Assembly (NCBI GenBank): GCA_035221665.1
Contig: CM069160.1
Coordinates: forward strand, 3,472,001-3,536,000
DNA length: 64,000 bases
Reading direction: 5' to 3'
From: Okamejei kenojei
Taxonomy: Eukaryota
Below the pieces are notes generated by a model. The model was not told the origin of the DNA. It was given only the letters and a program-made list of their open reading frames with translations, and did no database searches. Positions 49,810 through 62,199 of the stretch are shown piece by piece (the first letter of the stretch is position 1; each line of letters starts with the position of its first letter). Made by a program: the position numbers and the translations under genes.

Positions 49810-51075
49810 TGTCCCACCCACACTAGTCGCCCCTGTCCGCGTTTCGCCCATATCCATCTGAATCGCTCCTTTCCATGCACCTGTCGAAATGTCTTTGAAA
49901 TGATGTCATAATATCTGCCTCAACTACCTCCTCTGGCAACTCATTCAATATACCCACCACCCTCTGTGTGAAAAGTGTGTCCCTGAGATTCATATTAAAT
50001 AGTCCCCCTCTCACTTAACGGCAAAGTCGTCTGGTTCTTGATTGCCCTTGTCTGGGTTAAAGATTCCGTGCATCGACCCTATTAATTCCCATCCCGATCT
50101 AATACACCGCTGTAAGATTACACTTCATCCTCTTGTGCTCCGAGGAATACAGCCCTGACCTGCCCAATCTCTCCCTATAGCTGGCGCTTTAAGTTCTGCT
50201 GACATCCCCGTAAATCTTCACTGAACTATTTCATTCTTAACGCCATCTTTCCTATAGCAGGGAGACCAAAACTGAGCTCGATACTCCAAAAGTGATGTAA
50301 TCAACCTTATAGAACATGCAACACCTCACTCATATCTGCATTAAACACCGCTATCTGTTCCTCAGCTCACTTGCCCAACTGCGCAAGATCCTGCTGTTAC
50401 CTTTCATAACCATCTTCGCTATCTACAATACAACCCACTTGTATGGATTCACACATTTACTAATCCTATCTTGTACATTTTCATCCAAATCTTTAATACA
50501 AACAACAAAGAGCTTTGGGCCCAGCACCGATACTAGAGGGACACCACGGTCACGGGTCTCTAGTCCGCGAAGCAACTTTCCAGCAACACCCTCTGTTTCC
50601 TTTTCCATGATACCAATATTCCATCCAGTCGGCTAGATTTCCCTGGAGTCTATGCGATCTAACGTCTCAAAGTAGATCACGACACTTAACCTCATCAAAA
50701 GCCTCGCTGAAATCCAGAAAAATAATGTCTGCAGCTCGTTCCTCATTCCGTTTTATTGTTATATCTTCACAAAAGTCGACAGGACTCGTGAAACTCGGTG
50801 TCCCACGTACAGCACCATGGCAACTATCCCTAATCACCCTTGTCTATCTGAATGCATACAGACCTTATCCATTTACCACAGATGTTACGCGAACTGGACG
50901 ATAGTTCCCAGGGTTTTCCTTTTAGCCCATCATAAATTGCAATACAAACATTAACCACCAGTTTTCCGGCATCTCATCCCTCTTTAATTATGATGTATGT
51001 AACTAAGGCAGGGCGCGTGTATTTTTTTCTCTGGTTTCCGACAGCGTCCCCAGATATATCTGACCAAACCCAGGA
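49810..51075 (-). mobile_element. Degraded CR1 LINE
   Basis: FTQRVVGILNELPEEVVEA, GVPLVSVLGP.LF. Confidence 0.75.
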
Positions 51076-51078
51076 GAT

Positions 51079-52036
51079 ATGTCTGCCTTAGTTAGAGCGC
51101 GCCGTGCAAACTCAGACGTGTATCTTGATCTTTTGAATCTCAGAAACATTGCCAGAGACGGAACCCTGGGATCCCCAGCCCAGCAACTGATGTCCAGTAC
51201 GACAAGACCTCAGGTTCAGATTGCTCAGCAACAGCTGGTGCCACGGGTACTGAAGCCTGCTACTATCCAGAAACGTGTTCAGGAGGAGCACGACATTCAG
51301 AAACGATCATATGGCAAATTCTGCAAACCGCTAAAGCCTCTACTGCCGGGCCAGGTCGTTTCGTTTACACGGGTCATTCCCAGCTGGGTACTGTTGTCGG
51401 CCCGGCTGACGAACCACGATCTTACCTGGTGGACTATGAGGGAGCAGTTTACCGCAGAAGTCGCCAACAACCTGCTGGTTGTTCGGGAACCACGCCCCGC
51501 CACCAGCCGGACCCGATGCTTCACCGCTTCAATTACAGCCGCCTGTTCCCGAGCTTTTCTACCGATCCCCGCATGCCTTACTCCCCTCCACGTCCCGCGG
51601 TTGTGACTAACCACGGTGTTTCCACCCCTGCATGTTTCCGCTTTCGGCCACCACAAGTCTCTCCCGCGCCTTTCTCGCTTCCGGATTCTCCCAATCCGCC
51701 TAATCTTTCAGAGGAGGGAGGAGAGGGCTTGGTCCGTGCGCGTTCGGGCCGTGTTAGTAGACCGACTGATAGATATAGCGAATATGTTTAACTCTAATGA
51801 CATGGGTGTCCTTTACACTTAGTCTTTAGGGGGAAGGATATAGATTGGCTTATGCATGTCAATCAATCGTATATGTTAGCATCACTAACCCCACCCTACT
51901 GTAACATTTATAACATATATAACACCTACTTCCTGCACTGCCCAGTTCGTGCATCAGTCAGGCTGCTCTGACAATAATCATCCTCTCTGCTGCTAGGGTC
52001 TATATACTGATTAAAGATGATTTTGGATCACATAAC
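51079..52036 (+). mobile_element. Gypsy/Ty3 LTR retrotransposon 3' remnant (integrase C-terminus, PPT, 3' LTR)
   Basis: LLNLRN..LGSPAQQLMS..RP, PRSYLVDYEGAVYRRSR, RSGRVSRP..Y; PPT AGGGGGAAGGA 51828-51838; ~200-bp LTR with ATTAAA. Confidence 0.8.
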
Positions 52037-52559
52037 GTGTATGACTCCTGTTCACAGTGAAGATGTAAGAAAGCGTAAACACCGCAACAGGTAGGTTGGG
52101 AGATCAACACTACGTCAACAGCGATGCAAGATGTAGTGGACAAAACTGTGGACACTGAGAGGGGCTTTGGTCTTCCTGTCCACGGATGCTTGAAATTCAG
52201 TACAAGTAGGTCAGGGAGAAGGACCACTAAATATTTATCTGTACCGACCCGCGTGGTTACTCTTTAATTTGCGCTGGGTGGATCCCAGAGAATATGCCGA
52301 ATTTGATTGAAATAAGGTAGCAAACGATAGAGGGGATTGAAGAGTGTATATGTTGAAATCCTGAGCAAAATACAAAGTGGTGGGTAGACTCAGCGGGCCA
52401 GGCAGCATCTCTGGAGGGAAATAGACAGACGACCTTTCGAGTCCGGTGGTCTCCCGTTCAACGAGTCCGCTCTAACCGCAAGTGGGGGCGTGGGACGATG
52501 CGTTTTCCTGATGGGAATAGAGAGAACAGCCGCGTCGTATTCCAACTTCAGCACTCGGC

Positions 52560-53468
52560 TCAATGCTGCGACCGTTTCGTGGGTTTAATAATAAAACGAA
52601 TTAGACTTTTAATCCCCTTCTTTCGACTCCTGCATGAACCTGCTTTGCGTCATTGCGTAGATCCAGGTGTTGGCGCAGGAGCTGAGCCGAATGAGCAAGA
52701 CCCCCACCTCATTTGCGATGTTCGAGGGACTTGTGAGATCAGAAGCCGACAAAATTAATGGTAATTCGGGTACAGATGAAAGTCACCCCTCCCGTCGTCC
52801 ACAGTAATATGGTGGTGCCAGACACGGTGAACAGTAAGACGATGGATTTGCGCCGATTCTCCGCCTCGGCGTCTTTGCCTTCCGGTCCTTTCAAGCGCCG
52901 GCGGGCCCTGCTGGCCGCTATAATGTTTCCTGACCGTCAGCCAGTTCAGAAGCAGCGTTAAGACGAAAGGGAGTAAGTAGAGAGAGAGAGGTTACACATC
53001 CAAGAAAAAGCCACCCACCAGATGGAAGTGAAGTAGGCGGGTTTGGGACGGCACCCCCAGTTCACACTGTCCACGTTGAATCGTGGCTCGTACATGAAGT
53101 AAAATGGGATGTACTTTAAACAACTCAGCGGCAACAAGAACACAATGACAAAGGCGGGCGGTCTTATCCGTGCAATACGTGAGTCCTCAGCCTCGGGCAG
53201 CAAATGCTGACGAAACGGTCAAAGGTGAAGGACAAGGTTAACCAGACGGAATAATCCAGCGTGAGGATGCGTAGGTATACGTACGAAGGGCACACCGTGG
53301 TGTGGCTCAGGTAGGACTCAGGGGTGTAGTAAACGTAGATTCCTTGGATCAATACTTGAAAGAAGATGACGAGCAGGTCGGACATTGCCATCGCCACCAT
53401 GTAACGTGTGATTCCTCTGGAGAGTCCGCACTGTCCCCGGTACAAGATCGAAGCCGTCAGCATGTTGG
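52560..53468 (-). CDS. GPR139-like: GPR139-like GPCR locus B2, exon 2 (several 1-nt frameshifts as assembled)
   Basis: ANMLTASILYRGQCGLSRGITRYMVAMAMSDLLV..SVWLTLSFTFDRFVSICCP, KYIPFYFMYEPRF..NWGC, RRKSIVLLFTVSGTTILLW, ends KPTKRSQH*. Acceptor TCTTCTGCAG. Confidence 0.9.
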
Positions 53469-53574
53469 CTGCAGAAGACAGAATTAAGAGCACAATGACC
53501 AGACAGTTAACCGACTCTATTGTCGTCTCTGTTACACTAAATAGAGATGACAACGGCTGCGATTGGACCTCATT

Positions 53575-53880
53575 GGGGAGAACAGCTTAGTGGTGCAGCT
53601 GGTGAACCCGCTGCCTCACAACACCAGCGACAGGATTTATCCTGGTTTCGGGGGCTCGCTAAGTGGAGTTTGCACATACTCCCTGTGACACATGGGTTTC
53701 CTACTTATGCCCAGATATCCTCTCACTCCTCAAAAACGTGAACGTGTGTTGGTTAATTGGTCTGCATGAAATTGTCTCCAACGCGTAGAGAGGGGATGTC
53801 AAAGTAGGATTATATTAAAGTAGCGCGAACGGGTTAGCTGAACAGGGCCAGTTTCAGTGCTGTGAGGCCAGGTTGAACTA
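53575..53880 (+). mobile_element. HE1/V-SINE-like SINE in the B2 intron
   Basis: TGGTGCAGCTGG A box and GTGGAGTTTGCACAT..CCCTGTGAC V-like domain. Confidence 0.6.
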
Positions 53881-54499
53881 AATCACTACGTGAATCGAAG
53901 TTGCCACAGATACGGTAGTGGTACTTAAAAGGATAAGCATATGATTATGCTGGGTGTGGCAGCATATTGGTTAAGTCCAGGTAGGTAATAGATGGTCTTT
54001 GCATTATGTTTTGGCGCACATTCTGGCTGAAGGGCATAGCTAGTGCTGTACTATACTATGTTTTGGCTCTCGAAACAGAGGACATCTTTGTGAATTATAC
54101 CAAAATATTCGCGGGATGCTCGAAATATTCGCAATAACACCGTCACCGATCCATGAAGGAAATAATATAGCGAATGGGCTGCACAGTGAGAAATTCATTA
54201 TTAAAACAGAGACATCTTGCACGTTACAGGCCTTCCTACTCGTACCTCAAACTCCCAGTCATACAGATACAACACCAATCCCTGCACATGATCCCTTCAC
54301 CTTGTATCCAACCTCTTTTTCTACCTTCCCAGACGATGCCACTAGCCAATGTACTAATCACAATTTACAACGACCTGTAACCTACCGATAACGAGAGTAT
54401 TTTCCTGTATTAGCATGGCCTCTGAACTGAAACAACGGTGTTGTTCCATTGCACACTGATGGTGCGTGACCAGTTAAGTTTTTTTTTCCAGCATTACAG

Positions 54500-54502
<3 letters not shown>

Positions 54503-54552
<50 letters not shown>
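54503..54552. repeat. (AT)n microsatellite
   Basis: Direct reading. Confidence 0.95.
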
Positions 54553-54555
<3 letters not shown>

Positions 54556-54789
54556 CGCTATATATTTTCGCTATCTTCAGTCGTCTGCTTCTCGCCGATT
54601 AAATTATCATTTCGTTGTGTTATTAACACCCGCGCTAATGACAGCTCCAAATGGAAATCAGGGCTTGAATTAACTTTTCTTTCTTCAGTTTATTTCTTCA
54701 TACTCTGCGTGGCCTGTCTGCCAACTTGTGAACGAAATAGCTCTTAAGCCTAAGGAGACTTAAATCTCATCTCACTCACCTGTACGCAC

Positions 54790-55020
54790 TGAAGATAGAC
54801 TCAAAATGCTGTAGTAACTGAGCGGGACAGGTAGCATCTCTGGAGAGAAGGAATGGGCAACGAATCGAGTCGAGACCCTTCTTCAGAAGATGCTTCAGAA
54901 TCTGGTCTCGACCTGTAACGCCACCCATTCCTTCTCTCCAGAGATGTTGCCTGTCCCGCTGCGTTACTCCTGCATTTTGTGATTATATTCGGTCGGAAGT
55001 AGCATCTGCCGTTCCTTCCA
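54790..55020. mobile_element. Inverted pair of Penelope-type terminal repeats in the B2 intron
   Basis: 54790-54886 is the reverse complement of ~54900-54990 (GCGGGACAGG..CATCTCTGGAGAGAAGGAATGGG / CCCATTCCTTCTCTCCAGAGATG..CCTGTCCCGC). Confidence 0.75.
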
Positions 55021-55264
55021 ACACTTCGAACGACATGGGACATGGCGACCGATTGTGCAGTTCCCTGAGAAGGTTCTACAATTGTCAGATAAAATCGCCT
55101 TACTTCCTCAAATCTAATTTCGCTACCGAATGTACGCGTTTGATTTGATTGTATTTATGTAAATGTTTCTGTGATCAGCTTGTATAGCATGCAAAATATA
55201 GCCCTTCTGTATACCTCGGTACACATGAGGATAATAAACCTAAACCTAAAATGATTGATCTTAC

Positions 55265-55334
55265 CAGGGATCCCAAACGCCGCCATAATCGGATAAGCGA
55301 TCTCCTTCACGTACAGAATCGGAGCCCGTCGCAT
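55265..55334 (-). CDS. GPR139-like: GPR139-like GPCR locus B2, exon 1
   Basis: 70 nt, MRRAPILYVKEIAYPIMAAFGIP+G|GTAAGA. Confidence 0.9.
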
Positions 55335-55400
55335 TCTGGACGAGTCGCAGTGTCGGCAGCAAACTCGGAGAAACAGTGGATCAAAGAGCGCGGCTCCTCT

Positions 55401-55430
55401 CCTCATTCATACCCGCGTCAATCCTCCAGT
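55401..55430 (-). promoter_or_regulatory. Conserved core-promoter motif (locus B2)
   Basis: CTGGAGGATTGACGCGGGTATGAATGAGG. Confidence 0.55.
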
Positions 55431-56111
55431 GGCTACTGGGAGTTACGGGGCAATTACATTAGTCACGGACACTTTAACAAACATCTCCAGACAAACGAAG
55501 CCATTTCCCACTTCTTGGTGCAGGAACACTCAATGCAAAATCATACAGAAGGCCGGCCAATGGTATTACCACAAGTATTACCGACCAGTCACTTGATCCA
55601 AGATGCAATTTCATAGTATTTTCCTGAGCCGGGAGTCGCTTCATTCACAGGGCAGCAGACGCGTTTAATGTTACGAATTTTAACACTGGTGAATCCTAAG
55701 TATAATCCATGATAGACTATTGGATAATTTGTTTTACTCTGCGGAAGTGGAATTGACGCGCATCACAGTTATTTGGTCACGTCAATAGATGTGCAACATT
55801 GAACATGGCGCTGCGGATCATGAGGGCCTGTCGTTGGCGTTAGTGAATATTTCCATGTCGCACTTTAATCTCACCGCACAGTTCAAACTGTAACCTCGTT
55901 GCAAATAACGTAGTTAGATTTTTTCCTTAGTTTTTTTTAATTTTGTGACAGATGCCTATTTCATACAAACAGCAATACATTGATCTGGTGGAAATCGGAA
56001 AGGATATAAAACACGAAAAATATCGGTTAATATTCAGCAGGTGATCGCATTTACGGATCAGAATGAATAACTAGGTATTAGACAGCCCGACCGGAAGGTA
56101 ACCATGGGATC

Positions 56112-56539
56112 TACAATTTAGAAGATTGAGGCGGGATCTTATAGAAACTTACAATATACTTCAGGCGTTGGATAGGCTAGATGCAGATGCAGGAAGATTG
56201 TACCCGATGTTGGGGAGGTCCGGAACAAGGCGTCACAGTCTAAGGATAAGTGGGAATTCCTTTCGGACCAAGATGAGGAAAACATTTTTCACACAGAGAG
56301 CGGTGAGTCGCTGGAATTCTCTGCCACAGAAGGTAGTTGAGGCCAGGTAATTGGCTATATTTAAGAGGGAGTTAGATGTGGCCCCTGTGGCTAAAGGGAT
56401 CTGGGATATGGAGAGAAGGCAGGTACAGGATACTGAGTTGGATGATCAGCCATGATCATTTTGAATGGCGGTGCAGACTCGAAGGGCCGAATGGCCTACT
56501 CCTGCACCTATTTTCTATATTTTTATGTTTCTATGTTTC
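56112..56539 (+). mobile_element. CR1 3' end
   Basis: ORF 56126..56350; TTTCTATG tail. Confidence 0.9.
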
Positions 56540-58215
56540 AAATCCTCTCGAAATAAATGCTCTCGTTGTGTTTGCCTTCCTTACTATCGATTTGACATGC
56601 AAATTAACTTTTTGGGAATCCAGCACGCGCATTTTCAAGTCCCATTACACCTCTTTTTGAATTATCTTCCCATTTAGAAAATAGTCTATGTCTTTATTTC
56701 TACTTCCAAAGTGCATGCCTCCACACTTGCTACGTTGTATTCCATCTTGCACGGCTCTGTCCATTCTCCCAACCTGTCCACGTGCTTCAATAAAGTACCT
56801 GCTTTCTCTCCGCGACACGCCCCTCCACCTATCTTTGTATCATGTGCAAACCTGGCCACAAAGCCTTCAATTCCCTCATCTAAGTCATTGATATACAACG
56901 TGGAGTAACGGCCCCAGCACCGACCCCTGCAGATCTCCGCGAGTCACTGGCAGCCAACCAGAAAATGCCCCCTTTATTGCAACTATACCTTCTGCCATCG
57001 AGGAAACCTGTTCTCCATGCTAGTATCTTTCCTTTGATACATTAAGATTTCATCTTCATTAGCAGCCTCACGTGTGACATCTTTTCGAAGGCTTTATGAA
57101 AATATAGGTAAACAACATCCGCGCAAACTCCTTTGTCTGTTCTGGAATTTACATCCTCAGAGAATTCCAACAGATTCGTCAGACCTTGCTGCCTTTGGCC
57201 TATCTTATCGTGCTTCGTTGTACTCAGACACATCATCCTTTAGGTTGATCTAACATCGTGTCAACCATTGAAGTCAGGCTGTGTTTTCCACTCTTGCTCT
57301 TTGCTCCCTTCTGGAGCAGCAGGGTAATATGTGCAAATGTACAATCTTCTGCAACCAGTCTAACTCCAGCGATTCTTGAAAGATCACTGCGCATTACATC
57401 GCAATCCATGCAGCCACCTCTTCCAGAACCATAGAGTGCAGTCCATCAGGTACAGATGACTTATCCACTTTCAGACCTTTCAGTTCCCCAAGCACCATCT
57501 CCTTACTATAAGCCATTCTACTAACTTCCATCCCCTGACTCCCTTGAATTTCAGACACGTTGCTAGTGTTTTCCACTGTGAAGACTGATGCAAAAAAGCT
57601 ATTCAATTCCTCTGCCATTGCTGCGTTCACCAATATCACTTCCCTAGTATCATTTTCCAGCGGGCCGATGTCCACTCTGGCCTCTTTCATATTATTTATA
57701 TATTTGAAAAACTCTTGCTATCCTCTTTTATATAATTGGCGCCTTATCTTCGTATTTAATATTTTCTCTCCATATTACCTTTTTTAGTTACTTTGTTGTT
57801 TATTTTTAAAACAATCCAATCTCCTACTTTCCCGCTCATCTTTGCAATGTTTTTGCCTTCTCTTTTAGTTTAGTGCTATATTTGACTTATCTTGTCAGCC
57901 ACGATCGCCTCATTCTGCCTCTAGAATCTTTCTTCCTCTTTGGACTGTGAAGATTCTTCCGTTATATTCCCAGAAATCACTACATTTCTTTTGCACATCG
58001 GTTCCTGCTCGGTTAAAATTCGTTCAAATTTGGTAAGCTCCTACTTCATGTCCAGCTGTAATACCGATCCCTTTCAAATTGCAGGTTGAATATTATCATA
58101 TGGTGGTCGCAACCTCCTAGTGGCTCCCTTATCAAATCCAGTTCATTACACAGATCCAGAATTGCCTATTCTCTGTCTGCTCCACTACAAATTCATCCTC
58201 GAAAAAAACATCTCG
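56540..58215 (-). mobile_element. Degraded CR1 ORF2 fragment
   Basis: YINDLDEGIEGFVARFAHDTKIGG, LTNLLEF, KVDKSSVPDGLH. Confidence 0.85.
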
Positions 58216-58925
58216 GGTCCCTCACAAAATGTGTAGGGAATAGGCAGATGGCGTTTAAGGTCGGAAACCTTCCACGGACACCTACTACAGGGTGATGTAT
58301 TTCAAGTTGTAATCTTATTACTCTCTATACGTGTCGCACCATCTGATTAAATATTCTGGACATTCTGTGATGTTTATATCAAACATACTCAAACTTTCAA
58401 CATATGCCGGGTGTTTTTATTTTTGCTTTTGAACAATAATGAATCATCTGGACGTAAAGCAGATGTAAACTACGTTTAACGAGAAGATTACATTGGCGAT
58501 ATTGCCCAGAGGAATATACTGCCGTGTCCGAAGAGGGCTGTGGATTTGATAGGCTTCAACTCCACCACACGATTTTTAAACGTTGTTTCCCTGAATGATT
58601 CACTTTTGAATTCAACCTACAACTTAAGCAAATCGTTGTGTCATGATCCTTCCATTTCCTGTGCCTATAATTGTGATCAATACCGGTAAATATTTCAGAG
58701 GTAGTTCTGCTAATACTCTCCAACAACAAACCAACCGGTGCCTTGCCCGGTTGTACAATAGATTCAGCGAAAGGGTCAGCAATATGTCCGCGGACTCATA
58801 CATATGTTTTTGCATAAAGCATTCCTCCGCCAAGGGATAGTTGAAATTACTTCACTGTACGGAAATAAATGTGTTTGTTCAAGAGACTGTGAATAATACC
58901 TGGGATCCGTCACTCCCCTATCTCA

Positions 58926-58955
58926 CTGGAGAGATGGCGCGAGTATTAATGAGCA
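58926..58955 (+). promoter_or_regulatory. Conserved core-promoter motif (locus B3)
   Basis: CTGGAGAGATGGCGCGAGTATTAATGAGCA; 21-nt identity to the B1 motif. Confidence 0.6.
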
Positions 58956-59020
58956 TCTGAACCGCGCTACTTGCTACATTGTGCGCCTGGAATTAACGCC
59001 GTCACAGGGACTCTTCCAGA

Positions 59021-59090
59021 ATGGGACGTGCTCCAATTCAGTACGTCACTGAAATCATCTATCCGATCCTGGCGGCGTTTGGTATCCCTG
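59021..59090 (+). CDS. GPR139-like: GPR139-like GPCR locus B3, exon 1 (exon 2 not seen in the window)
   Basis: 70 nt, MGRAPIQYVTEIIYPILAAFGIP+G|GTAAGC; not in the ORF track. Confidence 0.88.
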
Positions 59091-60379
59091 GTAAGCTGTG
59101 ATTTCAGTCGCTTAATGTGTTGTTGGTCTGATTCATCGTGAGTGCTCTCGCAGCCCTTTTGCGTGATCTCCAGCACTACCAGTAAGCCGCATTGCTATGA
59201 CGAAAGATAAATCATCTTCATACGCATGGCCGCAGCATCACCAAACATAAATGGATAGATAGGGAACAGTTTACAAGATACATCGGGCAGACCTCCATAG
59301 CGTAGACAAGACGTGAACTTAAAGCATCGTTGTAAAGGGGGGAATGGGTGCTGGTAAACTAGAACTTGACTTTCCAGATCATCGGTTTAATCATTGAAAT
59401 AACCAGTTTTCATCAAATCAACTGTTTAATTATTTCAATGATTAAACCGATTATCATAGAGTCCAGAATTGAAAGTGAACGGTGAGCTAGGGACAGCGAC
59501 GCTGGAGGAGGAAATAGCAATTTCCTATTCCTATTAGGAGGAAATTAGAAATAGGATATAAGCTTAAAGAGGGGTTTATTATGAAAGGAAGAACATTATG
59601 TTGGAAGGCAGTGTTGGAATAACTCAGAGGATCACGCAGCATCTCTGGAGGACATGGATAGACGCCGTTTTGGGTCAGAACATTTCATCTGACCTTTTGG
59701 ACGCAGGGTTACTCCACTACAGTGTTCGACGAACTTTAAAGATCTCATACCGATAACTCCAAGGGATGCTGCCTGACTCGTTGTATTAAAGGAGCACTTT
59801 GCGTTCCATGGAGGCACCCAAGATCTCCCGTTCTTTTCGTCTACGGTATTATATTAGGATCTGGTTTAACGTGTGGACGGGGGATGGGGCGAGGGGTGGA
59901 TGGGAGGCCGCAGGACGCTAGTTGATATTGATACCGAGGGATTAGGAATTAAACGATCATAAGCGGCGTAATAGAGGGAGATGAATGATAATATTAATTC
60001 CCCTGCAACTGAGTACTTTCCTCCCAGACTGCTAACCCGCCAACAATACATCTTCATCCTTTTGCTCACCATCACATCCACCCTCGTCTTTTCGACCTCC
60101 CTTGCCGCTTGACCCAGCAGTTGTTCTCTCTGATATCGTCCCCGACCCTACATGATTAAACGAGTTATGTTGAAGCGTTGAATCTCGTCTCCCCCCCGTA
60201 GATGAATCCCGAATAGCTATGTATCCGCAGCACTAGTTATGCAAAATCAAATACATAGATCCCGTAGTTTTCACTTTACTTTACATATGATCAGAAGTCA
60301 AATCAGAATATATTGGTGTACAGAAGCAGCGTCTTTGCTTAGACTAACGAAGTCAACGTTTCACGTCAGACATCACCAA

Positions 60380-61910
60380 ATATATGTAGGAAAGTTACCA
60401 TTTTTTTAGATTATTTAAATCAAGCCTGTACTTCATCCCATCAGATAAAGCTAAAAATAACTTTAATTTGATACCTAATTCGCTTTCATAGCTTCAGTAT
60501 TTTAAAAATGATGGTCATTTTCATACTCGGCAATTAGCATCTTGTTCCTTGTTGCTTTTCCATTGACTTAACACAAAATATGTGATCGAGGACAGTAAAA
60601 AGCCCATAACTATCTTAAAAATTAAGAGAACTGAATGACATTTCAGTTATTATAGATTGAAGCATTCTGAAGCAAATATGAAACATTTTACTTAGATGAC
60701 CTGAATTTAAAGCATGTAATTAGTTAGTTACCAAATTGTGTCTAATTACAAAATTGTCCATTGTGACGGAAATAGTAATAAACACCCAGGCTGCCTTGAA
60801 AATTCAAAAATGTGATATTCTCAAGATCAGAGCTTTCAAATTATTGTATTATATGATGTAAGTCCATTACATCAGATGGGTAAAGAAATTACAATTTCTA
60901 GCAAAAGACCAAGTCTTCATGGAGAAGATCAGTTGCTAGCAGGTATATTGGCACATCATAATCAGTAGCATCATCACACTCCTGAGATTGTAACCAATAA
61001 GCAAATCTGTATACCTTTTTTTTCCTGAACTTATCAATTTTGGCGATGTAGACTGCAAGTTTTTGGTCTTCAAACCACGCATGACATGCCTTTATGCCCA
61101 ATACGTTTCCATTAAGAATGTCCTGTAGATCATCACATTTAGAGTAGTCCAAATTCGGATAATCACTACGAATGTTGTCTAAATCAGTCTCTTTTGCTGG
61201 GCATTTGGATTGGCAATTTTGCATTTCTTCTTCGCCGACATCTGTTTAAAATGTAAACCAAAATAATACTGAACAGCTTTAACAGAAACAAGTTATTATT
61301 TGCAGTTTTAGAAAAAAAGTGGAAATGATAAAGTTAAACGCTAAAACAAATAATAAATGCCCAACAAAAAATCATATTCATCAGTTTCATCAAATCAATT
61401 ACTATATCCAAACATTTATCCATTTCTTAAACTTCTCAAGCTATTTTTAAATAGCTTAAGTATCCAAATAACAAATACGAAAATGATTACATTCATACAA
61501 GAATTCACGATTAACATGATTTTTAAATCTCACTTTGTCATGTATTTATTTGCGAAATGGAAGGGATTTAATGTTTAATTCCCATCAATTAATCCAGAAA
61601 CATCCATTCTCAAAATAATTAAAATAATTATTTTTTGCACAACACATCTAAATAAAACGGTACTCTGGATATTAAGATTCAAAATATTGAGCATGGATAG
61701 ACAATAACACAAAATATAGATGATTTAGATATTCTTATGATTGTGCAAAAAAATGAATTTGAATATCTTGGGAGTGGATGTTTCTGGAATGTGATAGATT
61801 GGAATGTTGCCGCGGCCGTAAATTTAAGCCCATATTGGCAGGCAAGACACGGCCGATTCGTATGTGGGCCTAAATAACATTTTTCGCATCATGAGATTAA
61901 AATGAAATTG
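60380..61910 (-). mobile_element. AT-rich probable DNA-transposon remnant containing a coding exon of unknown family
   Basis: Abrupt AT-rich block. ORF 60898..61224 has protein-like composition and is preceded by acceptor TTTTAAACAG at ~61242-61251. No TIRs found. Confidence 0.35.
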
Positions 61911-62199
61911 ATATAGTATATCTGCCTAGACAAGCCTAATATTTTCCAAATGTAGTGTCTCGGACATGTTTGTAATCCACTACTTTACAGTAGGGACTGT
62001 ATAGGGGCTCATACCAATGTCCAATGTATTGTAAGTTTCTATATATTTCCTATGTCGCGCGCTCGACATTGAACACTAATTCGTAGGTGACCTCTTCGTT
62101 CTTCAATCATTAATATCCGGCACATATTTTATGCTTCAAATCGATATAATCTACAAATCCATACAATCTACCCCCCCCCCCCCCCCCCCCCTCCCCTTT

